The notes beneath the pieces were generated by a model. It saw only the letters and a program-made list of their open reading frames with translations, was not told the DNA's origin and did not search any database. Made by a program: the position numbers and the translations under genes. Shown in pieces: positions 28,702-37,347 of a stretch of DNA of 64,000 nt. Location of the stretch: positions 48,372-112,371 of IMG/VR virus record IMGVR_UViG_3300007511_000007; one strand, written 5' to 3'. How positions within the stretch are numbered: the stretch's first letter is position 1; each line of letters starts with the position of its first letter. Source of the stretch: a virus.

Positions 28702-29852
28702 TAGACCAACCACATCAACATGCTCAAGTAGTGATCCTGCCCCCGGGTTTCCTCAACCCGGACCCAACCCCCCTGCTTCCGAGGACGGATATCGAATCGA
28801 ACATTGTCGTTCTCAGATTTCGACAACAACTTCAAGAGGGCTTCCGCATCTACAATGAGGCCGTCCTTGGGGAGATCGGGCACACCTTCATCGCTCCCCG
28901 AATCCATGAACTCCAATCCGATCTCTGCCATGTCCCCGGTACTACGATCAATCATCCCAAGAAGCAATTCCCCGTCTTTCTCATGAAGATGGAGCTTCGT
29001 GTCTCCCTCCTTCCTGAACGGCATCAAGTAGAAGATCGAATTCGTCATCCCTTCTCGGGAAACGACCCACCAATGAACTTCGCCGCCCTGCCCCAAAGTC
29101 AAGGTCGGGAACTTGCTAGGCGGTTTCGCCTCCCCCAGGAGCGCACCATCGTTGCGACGGAAGATCGCATACCGCTCATGCTCCAACACTTCGACATCGG
29201 AGTCCCCGCAAAGACCCATGAAGTTCTCTATGGTCGTGACATCCTTACCCTGCATCCGCAGAGACCCTTTTTCCGTCCCTGGCAACGTCACAACAGTTGC
29301 GATCTTTTTGTCCGTCGCATAGAAGACCCCCTTGCGCAACTCTGTCACACAAAACGCCGGGGTCTTTGTCTCCTCCGTGGAGATGAAGGTCTTGAGGAAA
29401 GCCATAGCACTTTTCAGACGGGGTGCCTCGACCGCCATCGTCAACTTGGACTCTTCTACCAGTTTATCCCAACTGAAGAAATCTTCGGGGTCCAGAGACT
29501 CAAAGTTCATGGGACGGCGGGACTTGGTTCTTTGTGTCGTGACCTTGACCAGAGCTTCATCTGCATCGTAGGAGAACTCCATGGGGGCTTCTCCGTACAC
29601 GAAATTGATCCATTGGTTCATCGTCGAAGCGGAAAGAGTGAAGGGTACAAACTCACCCTCAATGGTTCCCTTGAGGGGTGCCCGACTGAACATCCTGCCA
29701 CTCTGGGACAAAATCTCTACCTTGTCTTTTGATCCCGGCCGCAATCGAAACAGGTAATGGCGTCGAATTTCCTCGGAGGAGGTTGAAGACACCGTCAGCC
29801 CAACCACTTTCAATGCGTCTACCAGGTCATTCTTCTCAACTGTCAGTTTCAT
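28701..29852 (-). CDS. dnaN: DNA polymerase III beta sliding clamp-like protein
   Basis: MKLTVEKNDLVDALKVV N-terminus, FYATD, 383 aa, located among clamp-loader genes. Confidence 0.75.
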   Translation of the reverse strand: MKLTVEKNDLVDALKVVGLTVSSTSSEEIRRHYLFRLRPGSKDKVEILSQSGRMFSRAPLKGTIEGEFVPFTLSASTMNQWINFVYGEAPMEFSYDADEALVKVTTQRTKSRRPMNFESLDPEDFFSWDKLVEESKLTMAVEAPRLKSAMAFLKTFISTEETKTPAFCVTELRKGVFYATDKKIATVVTLPGTEKGSLRMQGKDVTTIENFMGLCGDSDVEVLEHERYAIFRRNDGALLGEAKPPSKFPTLTLGQGGEVHWWVVSREGMTNSIFYLMPFRKEGDTKLHLHEKDGELLLGMIDRSTGDMAEIGLEFMDSGSDEGVPDLPKDGLIVDAEALLKLLSKSENDNVRFDIRPRKQGGWVRVEETRGQDHYLSMLMWLV

Positions 29853-30126
29853 CTACATCCCCCTCAAACTGTTTCATGGCTGTTTCAGCCTTTTCAAGTT
29901 GCCCTTCCAGCTTGGTTACGGCTTTCCCGAGCATCCCCTCCAATCGGACAATCGTATCGTCGATCTTCTTTGGGTCGATGCCCTTCTTTTTGGCCTCTTC
30001 TTCGACTTGTTTCAAGCTATCTCTCGCATGTTCCAGCCGCCCGGTAATTCGCTGTACCCCAGCAGCCAGATCATCCCTTTTCTGAATGGCCGTATCCAAT
30101 CTGGCCGTCAATTCTTCTTGGCTCAC
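29836..30126 (-). CDS. Small coiled-coil protein
   Basis: Heptad pattern; GAGGAGG before GTG 30126. Confidence 0.68.
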   Translation of the reverse strand: MSQEELTARLDTAIQKRDDLAAGVQRITGRLEHARDSLKQVEEEAKKKGIDPKKIDDTIVRLEGMLGKAVTKLEGQLEKAETAMKQFEGDVDETDS

Positions 30127-30170
30127 TTCGTTCCTCCTCACAGAACTCTACCCCATTTCGGGAAATTCTG

Positions 30171-31088
30171 TTAAAACGTCAACTCGACGGGGCCATCAGC
30201 CCCATCAATCAAATCATCCACTTCCTTGGGTTTTCTCGCCCTCTTCTTCCGTTGCACCTGCCGTTCCGTGCAAACAGTTTCCCAATCACACCATTTGCAA
30301 TACTTCGCTACCGGATTGGGATCAAACTTCTCCTTGTCCATCGCTTTGCGAGCCTCAATAGCCCTTTGCGCCAAGCCCTTGAGATCCTCTTTGGTGAACT
30401 CCACCCAATCGATCCCGCTTTCGACTTCATCGCTGTTTTCAATGGCAGTCCCATAAGGATACCGATAGTAAATGAAGCCCAACCGGTCGGGGCTTTTCCC
30501 ATAGGCCAGATTGAAGCAGAGGGCATACCATCGGAGTTGGTCCGGGTCTGTGTACTTCCCCTTGGACATCGAATTCTTGCCGTCGTAGATGGAAACCCCA
30601 CTATCGTCTCTTCGGATAATCAGGTCAGCACGCCCCCCAATCGGAGTGTACTTGTTGACGAAACCAATCAGATCCACCTCTCCCTTGGCGTATGGCCCCA
30701 GAAGACGGTTGTGCTTCATGGTCTTCAAGTAACCCTCAACCCCACGCAAACAAACGTCATACAACTCATCCCGTGGCGGGCAGGTTCTGGCATCGAGATG
30801 GAAGTTTGCAGTCTCAATAACGAACACTTTGTCCAACTGCTCTACCATTCGCTTCTTGAGCTTTTTGGGATCTCGCCAGATCTCCTCATTGTACATCCAC
30901 TCAATGACAGCCTGGATTACCGTCCCCATGTACGCATGATGTTCTGAGCGTTTGAACGGCTTTGACTTGCGCTTACCCGGGCCATTCCCGAGATCAATAG
31001 TGCCCCACCCCCGAGACCACAAAAAGCGTTGGGGGCAGTTCTCATACGTATCTAGGCTTGACCAATAAAGCGTGAATTTCTTTGCCAT
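30171..31088 (-). CDS. PD-(D/E)XK exonuclease (RecB/Cas4-like)
   Basis: SSLDTYENCP, GRADLI..IYDGK, QLRWYA, C-terminal CKWCDW..C. Confidence 0.87.
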   Translation of the reverse strand: MAKKFTLYWSSLDTYENCPQRFLWSRGWGTIDLGNGPGKRKSKPFKRSEHHAYMGTVIQAVIEWMYNEEIWRDPKKLKKRMVEQLDKVFVIETANFHLDARTCPPRDELYDVCLRGVEGYLKTMKHNRLLGPYAKGEVDLIGFVNKYTPIGGRADLIIRRDDSGVSIYDGKNSMSKGKYTDPDQLRWYALCFNLAYGKSPDRLGFIYYRYPYGTAIENSDEVESGIDWVEFTKEDLKGLAQRAIEARKAMDKEKFDPNPVAKYCKWCDWETVCTERQVQRKKRARKPKEVDDLIDGADGPVELTF

Positions 31089-31119
31089 TTCTCTCCTCGC
31101 CTGCTCACTCTACTCCGAG

Positions 31120-32088
31120 TCAGGCGGTCTTCTCCAGATAAAGATACGCTTTCTCCCGAACATCCTCCGAGATCCCTGGCATCCCCCTCACGATATCTTT
31201 GAGACTCTCTCGATCTGTTGTCGTGAGGGCTGCTTGAATACTGTCGATAAATCCTTCCATCACCGCCGCTCTGGATTGCGTCCTTTCGCGCCCCTCCAGA
31301 TCAAAAATTTCAGCGGCCGGAGCGGTCTGCAGAGGGACTTGATCTATTTCGCAAGCCGTTTTAGAGAACTTCAAGACGGCTACAGAAGGTGTCCGATCCA
31401 CGTTGTCCTCGATCAAGGCTCCCCGAGAAATTGATCCCACATTCACGGCGTACTTGCCGGGGGCGAATTCGTAGACTCCCTGATCCCGGTGCCAGTGCCC
31501 GAAAGCAAAAACCGAGGCCGGATGGTTCTTGAGGTCTCCGTACTTGATTATGTCTTCGCCCTGGAACATGGTGCCACCGGCTCGGCTGGCCAATAAATGC
31601 GCAACAACTACCAGGTGGTCTTCATCCTTCTTCTGGATTCTCCCGAGTCGTTCGAGATCATACTCTGCACCGTGATACGGAACTCCCACCACCCGCACCT
31701 TCAGACCGCTTCGATCCGTAAAGACTGCTTCGTGTTCATCATACAGTCGCTGAAAAACTCCCGTGGAGAACAGAACCCCCAGAGGTTGTCTGTCTATGAA
31801 GCTGTAATCGCCGTAAACGCAGTCATGGTTCCCCACACAACAAAACGTAGGGCATGGGTAGTTTGCATGGGTATCTGCTATCGCCCTGACCATCTCGTGG
31901 GAATTCCTGAATGGGGACTTGGTGTCAAATACATCTCCCCCATCAAGCACGGCATCCGCTTTGTGCTGTTTTGCCAATCGCCCGATTTGGTCAAGCTTCC
32001 CCAGCAAGGTTTCCCGCCAATTGTCTTTGCGAGAACGAGGGGGCTTGTCCGAAATGTGGAGATCAGTCCTCCAAAGAAGTGTGATCAT
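31120..32088 (-). CDS. SbcD/Mre11-like metallophosphoesterase nuclease
   Basis: TDLH, GGDVFD, GNHD, GHWH, VGS. Confidence 0.88.
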   Translation of the reverse strand: MITLLWRTDLHISDKPPRSRKDNWRETLLGKLDQIGRLAKQHKADAVLDGGDVFDTKSPFRNSHEMVRAIADTHANYPCPTFCCVGNHDCVYGDYSFIDRQPLGVLFSTGVFQRLYDEHEAVFTDRSGLKVRVVGVPYHGAEYDLERLGRIQKKDEDHLVVVAHLLASRAGGTMFQGEDIIKYGDLKNHPASVFAFGHWHRDQGVYEFAPGKYAVNVGSISRGALIEDNVDRTPSVAVLKFSKTACEIDQVPLQTAPAAEIFDLEGRERTQSRAAVMEGFIDSIQAALTTTDRESLKDIVRGMPGISEDVREKAYLYLEKTA

Positions 32089-33304
32089 GCTCCTCCCCCA
32101 CAGGTCGACTACAAGTTGGGCATACCGGTAGCAGTGCCAGCACTTCCTCTACCTCAGCATTTGCCTCATCCAACTCTTGCTGTTTGTTTTCCAATTCCCG
32201 TCCATTGAATCGGATCATATCAACTAGAAGCTTTTGATCCCCCTTCAACTGCTGAACAATCCCCAATGCCTTGGCCTGTTTCCGAGCCTGTTTCACAGAA
32301 AGCCCTTCAACCGTGTTCCGGAGATTATCCACCCCTGCCAACACCGCCTCCGTCTCCTTGGCATTCGTGTAACGTTGAGATAAATCACGCAGGGACGCCA
32401 GTTCCGCAGCAGTTTCCTGAACCTCTTGTATCTCTGTCCTTGACGCCACTTCGACCTGTTCCACACCCTCAGTCGCTTCAACAACTGCCTGTGCCTCTAC
32501 AAAACGTTGCTGCAACTCTTCCGCTTCTTTCAGCGCATCTTGTTGCTTGGCGAGTTCCTTCATTTCTTTACTGGACGGGACTTTGATCCCCTCAACAGGG
32601 ACTAGGGAAGCTACCAACTCCTGCGCAGCCATAAGCTGGTCTCGGATCTTCTTGACCCCCCGCAAACCATTTTCGATTCGTTGAACCTCTTTGCTCTGTT
32701 TCTCGATCAAAGCCATCTGAGTAACCAAATCGTCCAGGCCCTCGAAACTTTCCAACTCGGTTTCGGCTTCCCGCTCATCCTCGCGCCTTACCTTGAGCTT
32801 ACTTGTCACGGCTCTTTTGTCACGGTCGGATTCTCGCAAAGCCCGATTCAAATGACCCACCCGCTCAACATCGGCAATTGCTTCGGCCAAAACCGACCCC
32901 GGCTGATCCAGCAAAAAGACTGTCCCGGTAAACTGTTCCGCCACTTGAGGCCAGATTTCCCTGCCCGCAGCTTCGATGGGAACAACCCCGAAGGCTTTCA
33001 CTTCATCAGGAACGCCTTTCCCAGGATGAATCTCCTTACCGTTCACCGTATATTTGGGTTTGATCTTCTCCCCTTTCTCCCATTTGACGTGGTTCCCGTC
33101 GTCAAAGGTGATCTCCACGATGCACTTTTCAGCACCATGCCGCACAAAATTGTGCCCCGGGGTATTCGTGAAGACACCTTTGATAGCCCTCATCACAGTC
33201 GTCTTGCCAGCGTTGTTTGGCCCAGAAACAACAGTCAACCCGTCGATCTCGACAGTGGCATCCTTGATAGCCTGAAAATCTCGTATTCTGACTGTGACAG
33301 CCAT
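32063..33304 (-). CDS. SbcC/Rad50-like ATPase, N-terminal half ending at the zinc hook
   Basis: IRDFQAI, Walker A GPNNAGKT, Q-loop, long coiled coil, CPTC near the C-terminus. Confidence 0.87.
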   Translation of the reverse strand: MAVTVRIRDFQAIKDATVEIDGLTVVSGPNNAGKTTVMRAIKGVFTNTPGHNFVRHGAEKCIVEITFDDGNHVKWEKGEKIKPKYTVNGKEIHPGKGVPDEVKAFGVVPIEAAGREIWPQVAEQFTGTVFLLDQPGSVLAEAIADVERVGHLNRALRESDRDKRAVTSKLKVRREDEREAETELESFEGLDDLVTQMALIEKQSKEVQRIENGLRGVKKIRDQLMAAQELVASLVPVEGIKVPSSKEMKELAKQQDALKEAEELQQRFVEAQAVVEATEGVEQVEVASRTEIQEVQETAAELASLRDLSQRYTNAKETEAVLAGVDNLRNTVEGLSVKQARKQAKALGIVQQLKGDQKLLVDMIRFNGRELENKQQELDEANAEVEEVLALLPVCPTCSRPVGEEHDHTSLED

Positions 33305-33306
33305 CG

Positions 33307-34515
33307 CTATGTAATCTCCAACAATTCGTCTACTTCTGCGTCCGACTCAGGCTCCGAGACATCGGTATCGTCTGCGGCTTCAATCGCTTTGATTACCAAT
33401 CCCCTGAGGATTTCGTACTTCCCCTTCTCGATGAGGAGTTTTTTGAAAGTGTCCCCCCCTTGCGCTTTCAACACTTCACCTTCAACTTCCCAATTAAGCC
33501 ACGAACCACTCTGAACCACGATCTTGTACGCTTTGGCGATCTCCATAATGGAACGGACATCGTCAATCCCAGTACCCCATTTCAAGTAAAACTCCATCTG
33601 AGATCCCTGAGACGTACTGACTTTGCACTTATCCAACTGTGAGCGAACTCTGCCGCCGACAACCCGTTCCTCGACTTTATGCGTCAGACGATTGCGGACT
33701 CGCCCTTTCTCCGATTTGACCCTGGCAAGGCTCATACGGACACAACTGTAATACTTCCAAACATCACCACCCTGGACATTTTTGCCGCCTGCGCCTCGTC
33801 CCATCGTACTGATCTTCTGACGACACTGCCCAATCGCAATGATGCTGGTTCCGGTGACCCCGATACGCTGTTTGATCTTGGGTACGAAAGACGACCACTT
33901 TGCAGCGATCAGGCCGACTCGTCCGATTTCCCCCTGTTCTTCAAGACTCTGATCGAAGATCGCTTTGGGGACTCCCGCCCCCACGGAATCGATCACAATC
34001 AAATGAACCCCACGGGACGCCGCCGCCCACATGATTTTCATCCCGTCTTCAAGGGTATTCGGCTGGGCCAGAAGAAAACGATCCGGATCTTCAATCGGAA
34101 CTCCCAATGCTTTTGCATAACTGGGAACGATCTCGTTTTCCCAATCAATGTAAATGCACTGGCCACCCATCTGACAGACACTGGCCGCAGCCGTCAAAGC
34201 CATTGTAGTCTTGCCAGAAGTTTCATGACCGTAGACCTGGACAATCCTCCCTCTCGGAATCCCGGGACACGGAGCAATCCCATATTGATTGGGCTGTCCT
34301 CCAATCTGATAGTCCAAAACGAATGACCCCGTGGAGAAGTGAGGAAGTGGCTTTTTCCAGACCGAGGCATCCAACTTGACCTCCCAATCCTTCCGCGGGA
34401 GCACTTTGTCTACGACATCTGCCAGTTGGGACAGTTTGCCACTTTTAGGTGACGGCCCCTTTTTGCCCTTCGCCTTTTTCCCTTTGGCCTTAGTTTTACC
34501 CTTATCCTTTGCCAT
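33307..34515 (-). CDS. recA: RecA recombinase
   Basis: STGS..LD, GIPRGRIVQVYGHETSGKTT, YIDWE, VIDSV, GG..KYYS.VR. Confidence 0.92.
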   Translation of the reverse strand: MAKDKGKTKAKGKKAKGKKGPSPKSGKLSQLADVVDKVLPRKDWEVKLDASVWKKPLPHFSTGSFVLDYQIGGQPNQYGIAPCPGIPRGRIVQVYGHETSGKTTMALTAAASVCQMGGQCIYIDWENEIVPSYAKALGVPIEDPDRFLLAQPNTLEDGMKIMWAAASRGVHLIVIDSVGAGVPKAIFDQSLEEQGEIGRVGLIAAKWSSFVPKIKQRIGVTGTSIIAIGQCRQKISTMGRGAGGKNVQGGDVWKYYSCVRMSLARVKSEKGRVRNRLTHKVEERVVGGRVRSQLDKCKVSTSQGSQMEFYLKWGTGIDDVRSIMEIAKAYKIVVQSGSWLNWEVEGEVLKAQGGDTFKKLLIEKGKYEILRGLVIKAIEAADDTDVSEPESDAEVDELLEIT

Positions 34516-34516
34516 T

Positions 34517-35161
34517 TCAGTCCTCCGACCACAGGAAGAATCTCTCGTCTTCTCGATACAACATACCCGAGCGAGTGATCTTTCCTGCTTTCTTGCCTCG
34601 CACATACGTGTGAATGTTAAGGAACTCTTTCTCTTCCACAGGAGTCAAATCCTCCCGTGAAAGGAGTCCATCATAGTACAACCAGAATCTCGCCGCCGAA
34701 GACGCCACCCAATAGGCATCAGCTTCGTTGTGGTTCCACCGCCCTTTACCGCCCGCCTGCGTTTTCGCTGCCTCTACCATATCAGGCTTGTTCATTTTCC
34801 AACCCTGCGGACGCTTCAGGAACTCCCTCGCATGAGCTTTCACCTGGGTCGGAGAGAAAAACACCGTATCCATTTTCTCAGTTCTCAAGGCTTCACAACA
34901 GTAGAGGAACAGGCCGTACATACCCTCTGAATAGAGATCGTTGAAGATCGGGTACTCGATCCCTACCCGGTCAGGCTTGTACTCCTGAAGCAGCTTTCTG
35001 AGTTCTTCCCGAAGATAAATGTAACGGTCAATGAAAAGAGAAGTGGGGAGGGTTTTGAAACGTCCACGAGCGATGCAAAGCCCCCTTCTCGTACTGGCCT
35101 CGGTATCGTAGATCGCCCATCCAAACTGTCTCAAAGATGGGTCGAATCCTGCGATAATCAC
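34517..35161 (-). CDS. RuvC-like Holliday junction resolvase
   Basis: IAGFDPS, VGIE, SPTQVK, NEADA. Confidence 0.85.
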   Translation of the reverse strand: MIIAGFDPSLRQFGWAIYDTEASTRRGLCIARGRFKTLPTSLFIDRYIYLREELRKLLQEYKPDRVGIEYPIFNDLYSEGMYGLFLYCCEALRTEKMDTVFFSPTQVKAHAREFLKRPQGWKMNKPDMVEAAKTQAGGKGRWNHNEADAYWVASSAARFWLYYDGLLSREDLTPVEEKEFLNIHTYVRGKKAGKITRSGMLYREDERFFLWSED

Positions 35162-35205
35162 CTGTTTCTCCGGTCACAAAAAGGCCAGTACGAAAGGGGA
35201 ATCTT

Positions 35206-35928
35206 CTATTCGTCGTCAAGCACGTCGTCGATGATCCCTTCGAGATCTTCCACACTACCCGCGCTTTCAACAGGTGACGAAAGAGCCTCGCCCATCTTCT
35301 CCCGAAGCTGATCGAGAGTCAGGTCACGGGCGATGTCATTGGGCAGACTTTCCACCACTTCCTGTGCGCCAGCGATGATCTTCTCCACCAGAGCCTTTTT
35401 CTTGCTTCCAGCAGACAAGAGCTTGCGGAGCACGCTGTCCTTGGTGGGAGTGAACGTCATCTTCTGGAACTGGGCATCGGTGCAGTGGATAGCCAGATCG
35501 TGAGCACCCATCGGGAATTCCCGGTGGACGCCTTTGATGGTTTCGTACTTGTCCGTGCTGAACGTCCAGGGCAACACCTTGAAATCCATCGACGCAATCT
35601 TGGCGGCATCGAGTTTCCCGTCGCTGCTCGTGGGCCACTGGACAATGGCAGTCGCAATTGAAGTCTTGGGCGGTTCACCACCACACTGCTTGGTGTACTC
35701 CGGTCCCTTGTTGAGGACGTAGCCCGCTCCGGGGACATAGTGCCTGCGGGCACCAATGAACTTGGGGGTGTCCGCATCCAGATCGGGAGTCCCTTCTTCC
35801 AAACCCGGCCACCACACAAAGGAAACACGGTACCGTTCATTCTCACGACCCTTGAACCGCTCCTTTTTGCCGGTGAACCCTTCGTCGCCCTGATCGAATC
35901 CCAAATCAACATAACCTTCGTTCGACAT
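35206..35928 (-). CDS. Putative single-stranded DNA-binding protein
   Basis: Acidic C-terminal tail (EDLEGIIDDVLDDE), aromatic beta-rich core, adjacent to ruvC/recA. Confidence 0.6.
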   Translation of the reverse strand: MSNEGYVDLGFDQGDEGFTGKKERFKGRENERYRVSFVWWPGLEEGTPDLDADTPKFIGARRHYVPGAGYVLNKGPEYTKQCGGEPPKTSIATAIVQWPTSSDGKLDAAKIASMDFKVLPWTFSTDKYETIKGVHREFPMGAHDLAIHCTDAQFQKMTFTPTKDSVLRKLLSAGSKKKALVEKIIAGAQEVVESLPNDIARDLTLDQLREKMGEALSSPVESAGSVEDLEGIIDDVLDDE

Positions 35929-36003
35929 GTTCTTTCCTCCATTCATTCGGCGTGTCGTTGAATCTTTCCGTTTCTAAGACGTGCCAGTTATCATGTCATC
36001 CCT

Positions 36004-36026
36004 ATATACTCCAATTTGGAGTATAT
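36004..36026. promoter_or_regulatory. Perfect 11-bp inverted repeat overlapping a GGAGTATA element
   Basis: ATATACTCCAA-T-TTGGAGTATAT, intergenic, upstream of the putative SSB. Confidence 0.6.
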
Positions 36027-36042
36027 TGTTGTCTCTTTTTTC

Positions 36043-36912
36043 TCAGCCCTCGAAATTATCCAACAAAGTGTCCAAATCTGCCTCAACAACTTCTACCGAA
36101 GCCTCAACTTCGCCCTCCCCCTCTTCAGTATCGATCTCGGTGAGGATATCATCTATGTCCTTCTCAGGCACATTCGTCGAAGTGAGCTTTTCACTCTCAG
36201 GTTCTTCAGGCTCTACTTCCTCCCCACCGATTGGGGGGTAGTCCTTGTCCTTGCTCACTGGCAGATGCGTTTCCGCTTTGTCCATTCCCTCAATGAGTTC
36301 ATCAATCTCATTAGCATCCGCAGCCGTTGCATGGCCTTGTCCGGGTTCCCACTCAGCTTGCTTGTCGCCGGGGAGCTTTGATCCCCATCTTGCCCCTAGT
36401 GTGATTTCTTCAAGACACACTTTGAATTGATCCCGCAATCGTCCCTGTATGTCTTTGAGGTCTGTGCGTTTGGCACGAACAATCTTCAAAGTGGTGTCGA
36501 GGTCAGTGGAATTGGACTCCAACATGAAGATTTGGTCAGCCAATGCCCGCAACTTCGTTTTTGCCGTTGCTTCCCGATCTGCAATGTTGCGCCCAGCCCT
36601 CACTTCGGGGTCATTTACAAACAGGCTGTCTTTCTGGATCTCGAATTTGAGTTTGGCGTTTCGATGGCGACGTTGTTGCTGATACAATTCTTGAGCGAGT
36701 TGGGTGAAGATCCGCTCACAACGGCTCAATAGGAGTCGGGTTTGGGCGATCTTTTGATTCAGCCGTTTGGGGCCATACGCCAACGGGTCATCGTCTAACT
36801 CTATTTCCATTTCCATGAGTTCCGCATACACTTTTTCAATGCGTCGGAAATCTATGGGTTCAACCTTACTACCGTTCTCTTGCTCCGAGGTGGAACTAGG
36901 ACTTGTCACCAT
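36043..36912 (-). CDS. Coiled-coil protein with an acidic tail (possible recombination mediator)
   Basis: Helical heptads; located next to SSB/RecA; function is positional inference. Confidence 0.6.
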   Translation of the reverse strand: MVTSPSSTSEQENGSKVEPIDFRRIEKVYAELMEMEIELDDDPLAYGPKRLNQKIAQTRLLLSRCERIFTQLAQELYQQQRRHRNAKLKFEIQKDSLFVNDPEVRAGRNIADREATAKTKLRALADQIFMLESNSTDLDTTLKIVRAKRTDLKDIQGRLRDQFKVCLEEITLGARWGSKLPGDKQAEWEPGQGHATAADANEIDELIEGMDKAETHLPVSKDKDYPPIGGEEVEPEEPESEKLTSTNVPEKDIDDILTEIDTEEGEGEVEASVEVVEADLDTLLDNFEG

Positions 36913-37285
36913 TCCCGTCTTCTCCTACAAGTTCCGCAAGCTGGAGCGCGTAGTTTCTTTTGATCCCGTCAATCATCTGGTCAGCCTGAGCGGGAGAGAG
37001 ATTGCCATTGGACTTGGCGTTTCGATGGGCGGCGACATCAACCTGCAACCCCAACAGGCAAGTTGCAATCTGGGCGTCCTTGAGAGCCATCGCCTGCACC
37101 GGCACGCTATCCTCGACCATCTCTTCCAAATCCTGCGTCCCATCGTTCTGGACCGTGTCCCACGCACAAGACCACCCGACAAAGTTGTCTCCCCGTGCGC
37201 CCTTGATTGAGCGGGTACAAACTACCTTCGTCACCCTCAAACGTTCCTTGATCATCTTGATTCGTTCTTTCGTTTCCTTTTTCAT
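36896..37285 (-). CDS. Hypothetical protein
   Basis: Operon-packed ORF; GGGGGA before ATG. Confidence 0.68.
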   Translation of the reverse strand: MKKETKERIKMIKERLRVTKVVCTRSIKGARGDNFVGWSCAWDTVQNDGTQDLEEMVEDSVPVQAMALKDAQIATCLLGLQVDVAAHRNAKSNGNLSPAQADQMIDGIKRNYALQLAELVGEDGNGDKS

Positions 37286-37347
37286 TACATCCCCCAGCGC
37301 AAGAAGCACAAAAGTGTCATCTATATCTACTCCATTCCGCCAGTTTT

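Noticed and set aside
30171-31088. Cas4 as part of a CRISPR-Cas locus
   Set aside because: No repeat-spacer array or other cas genes are visible, and the context is recombination.
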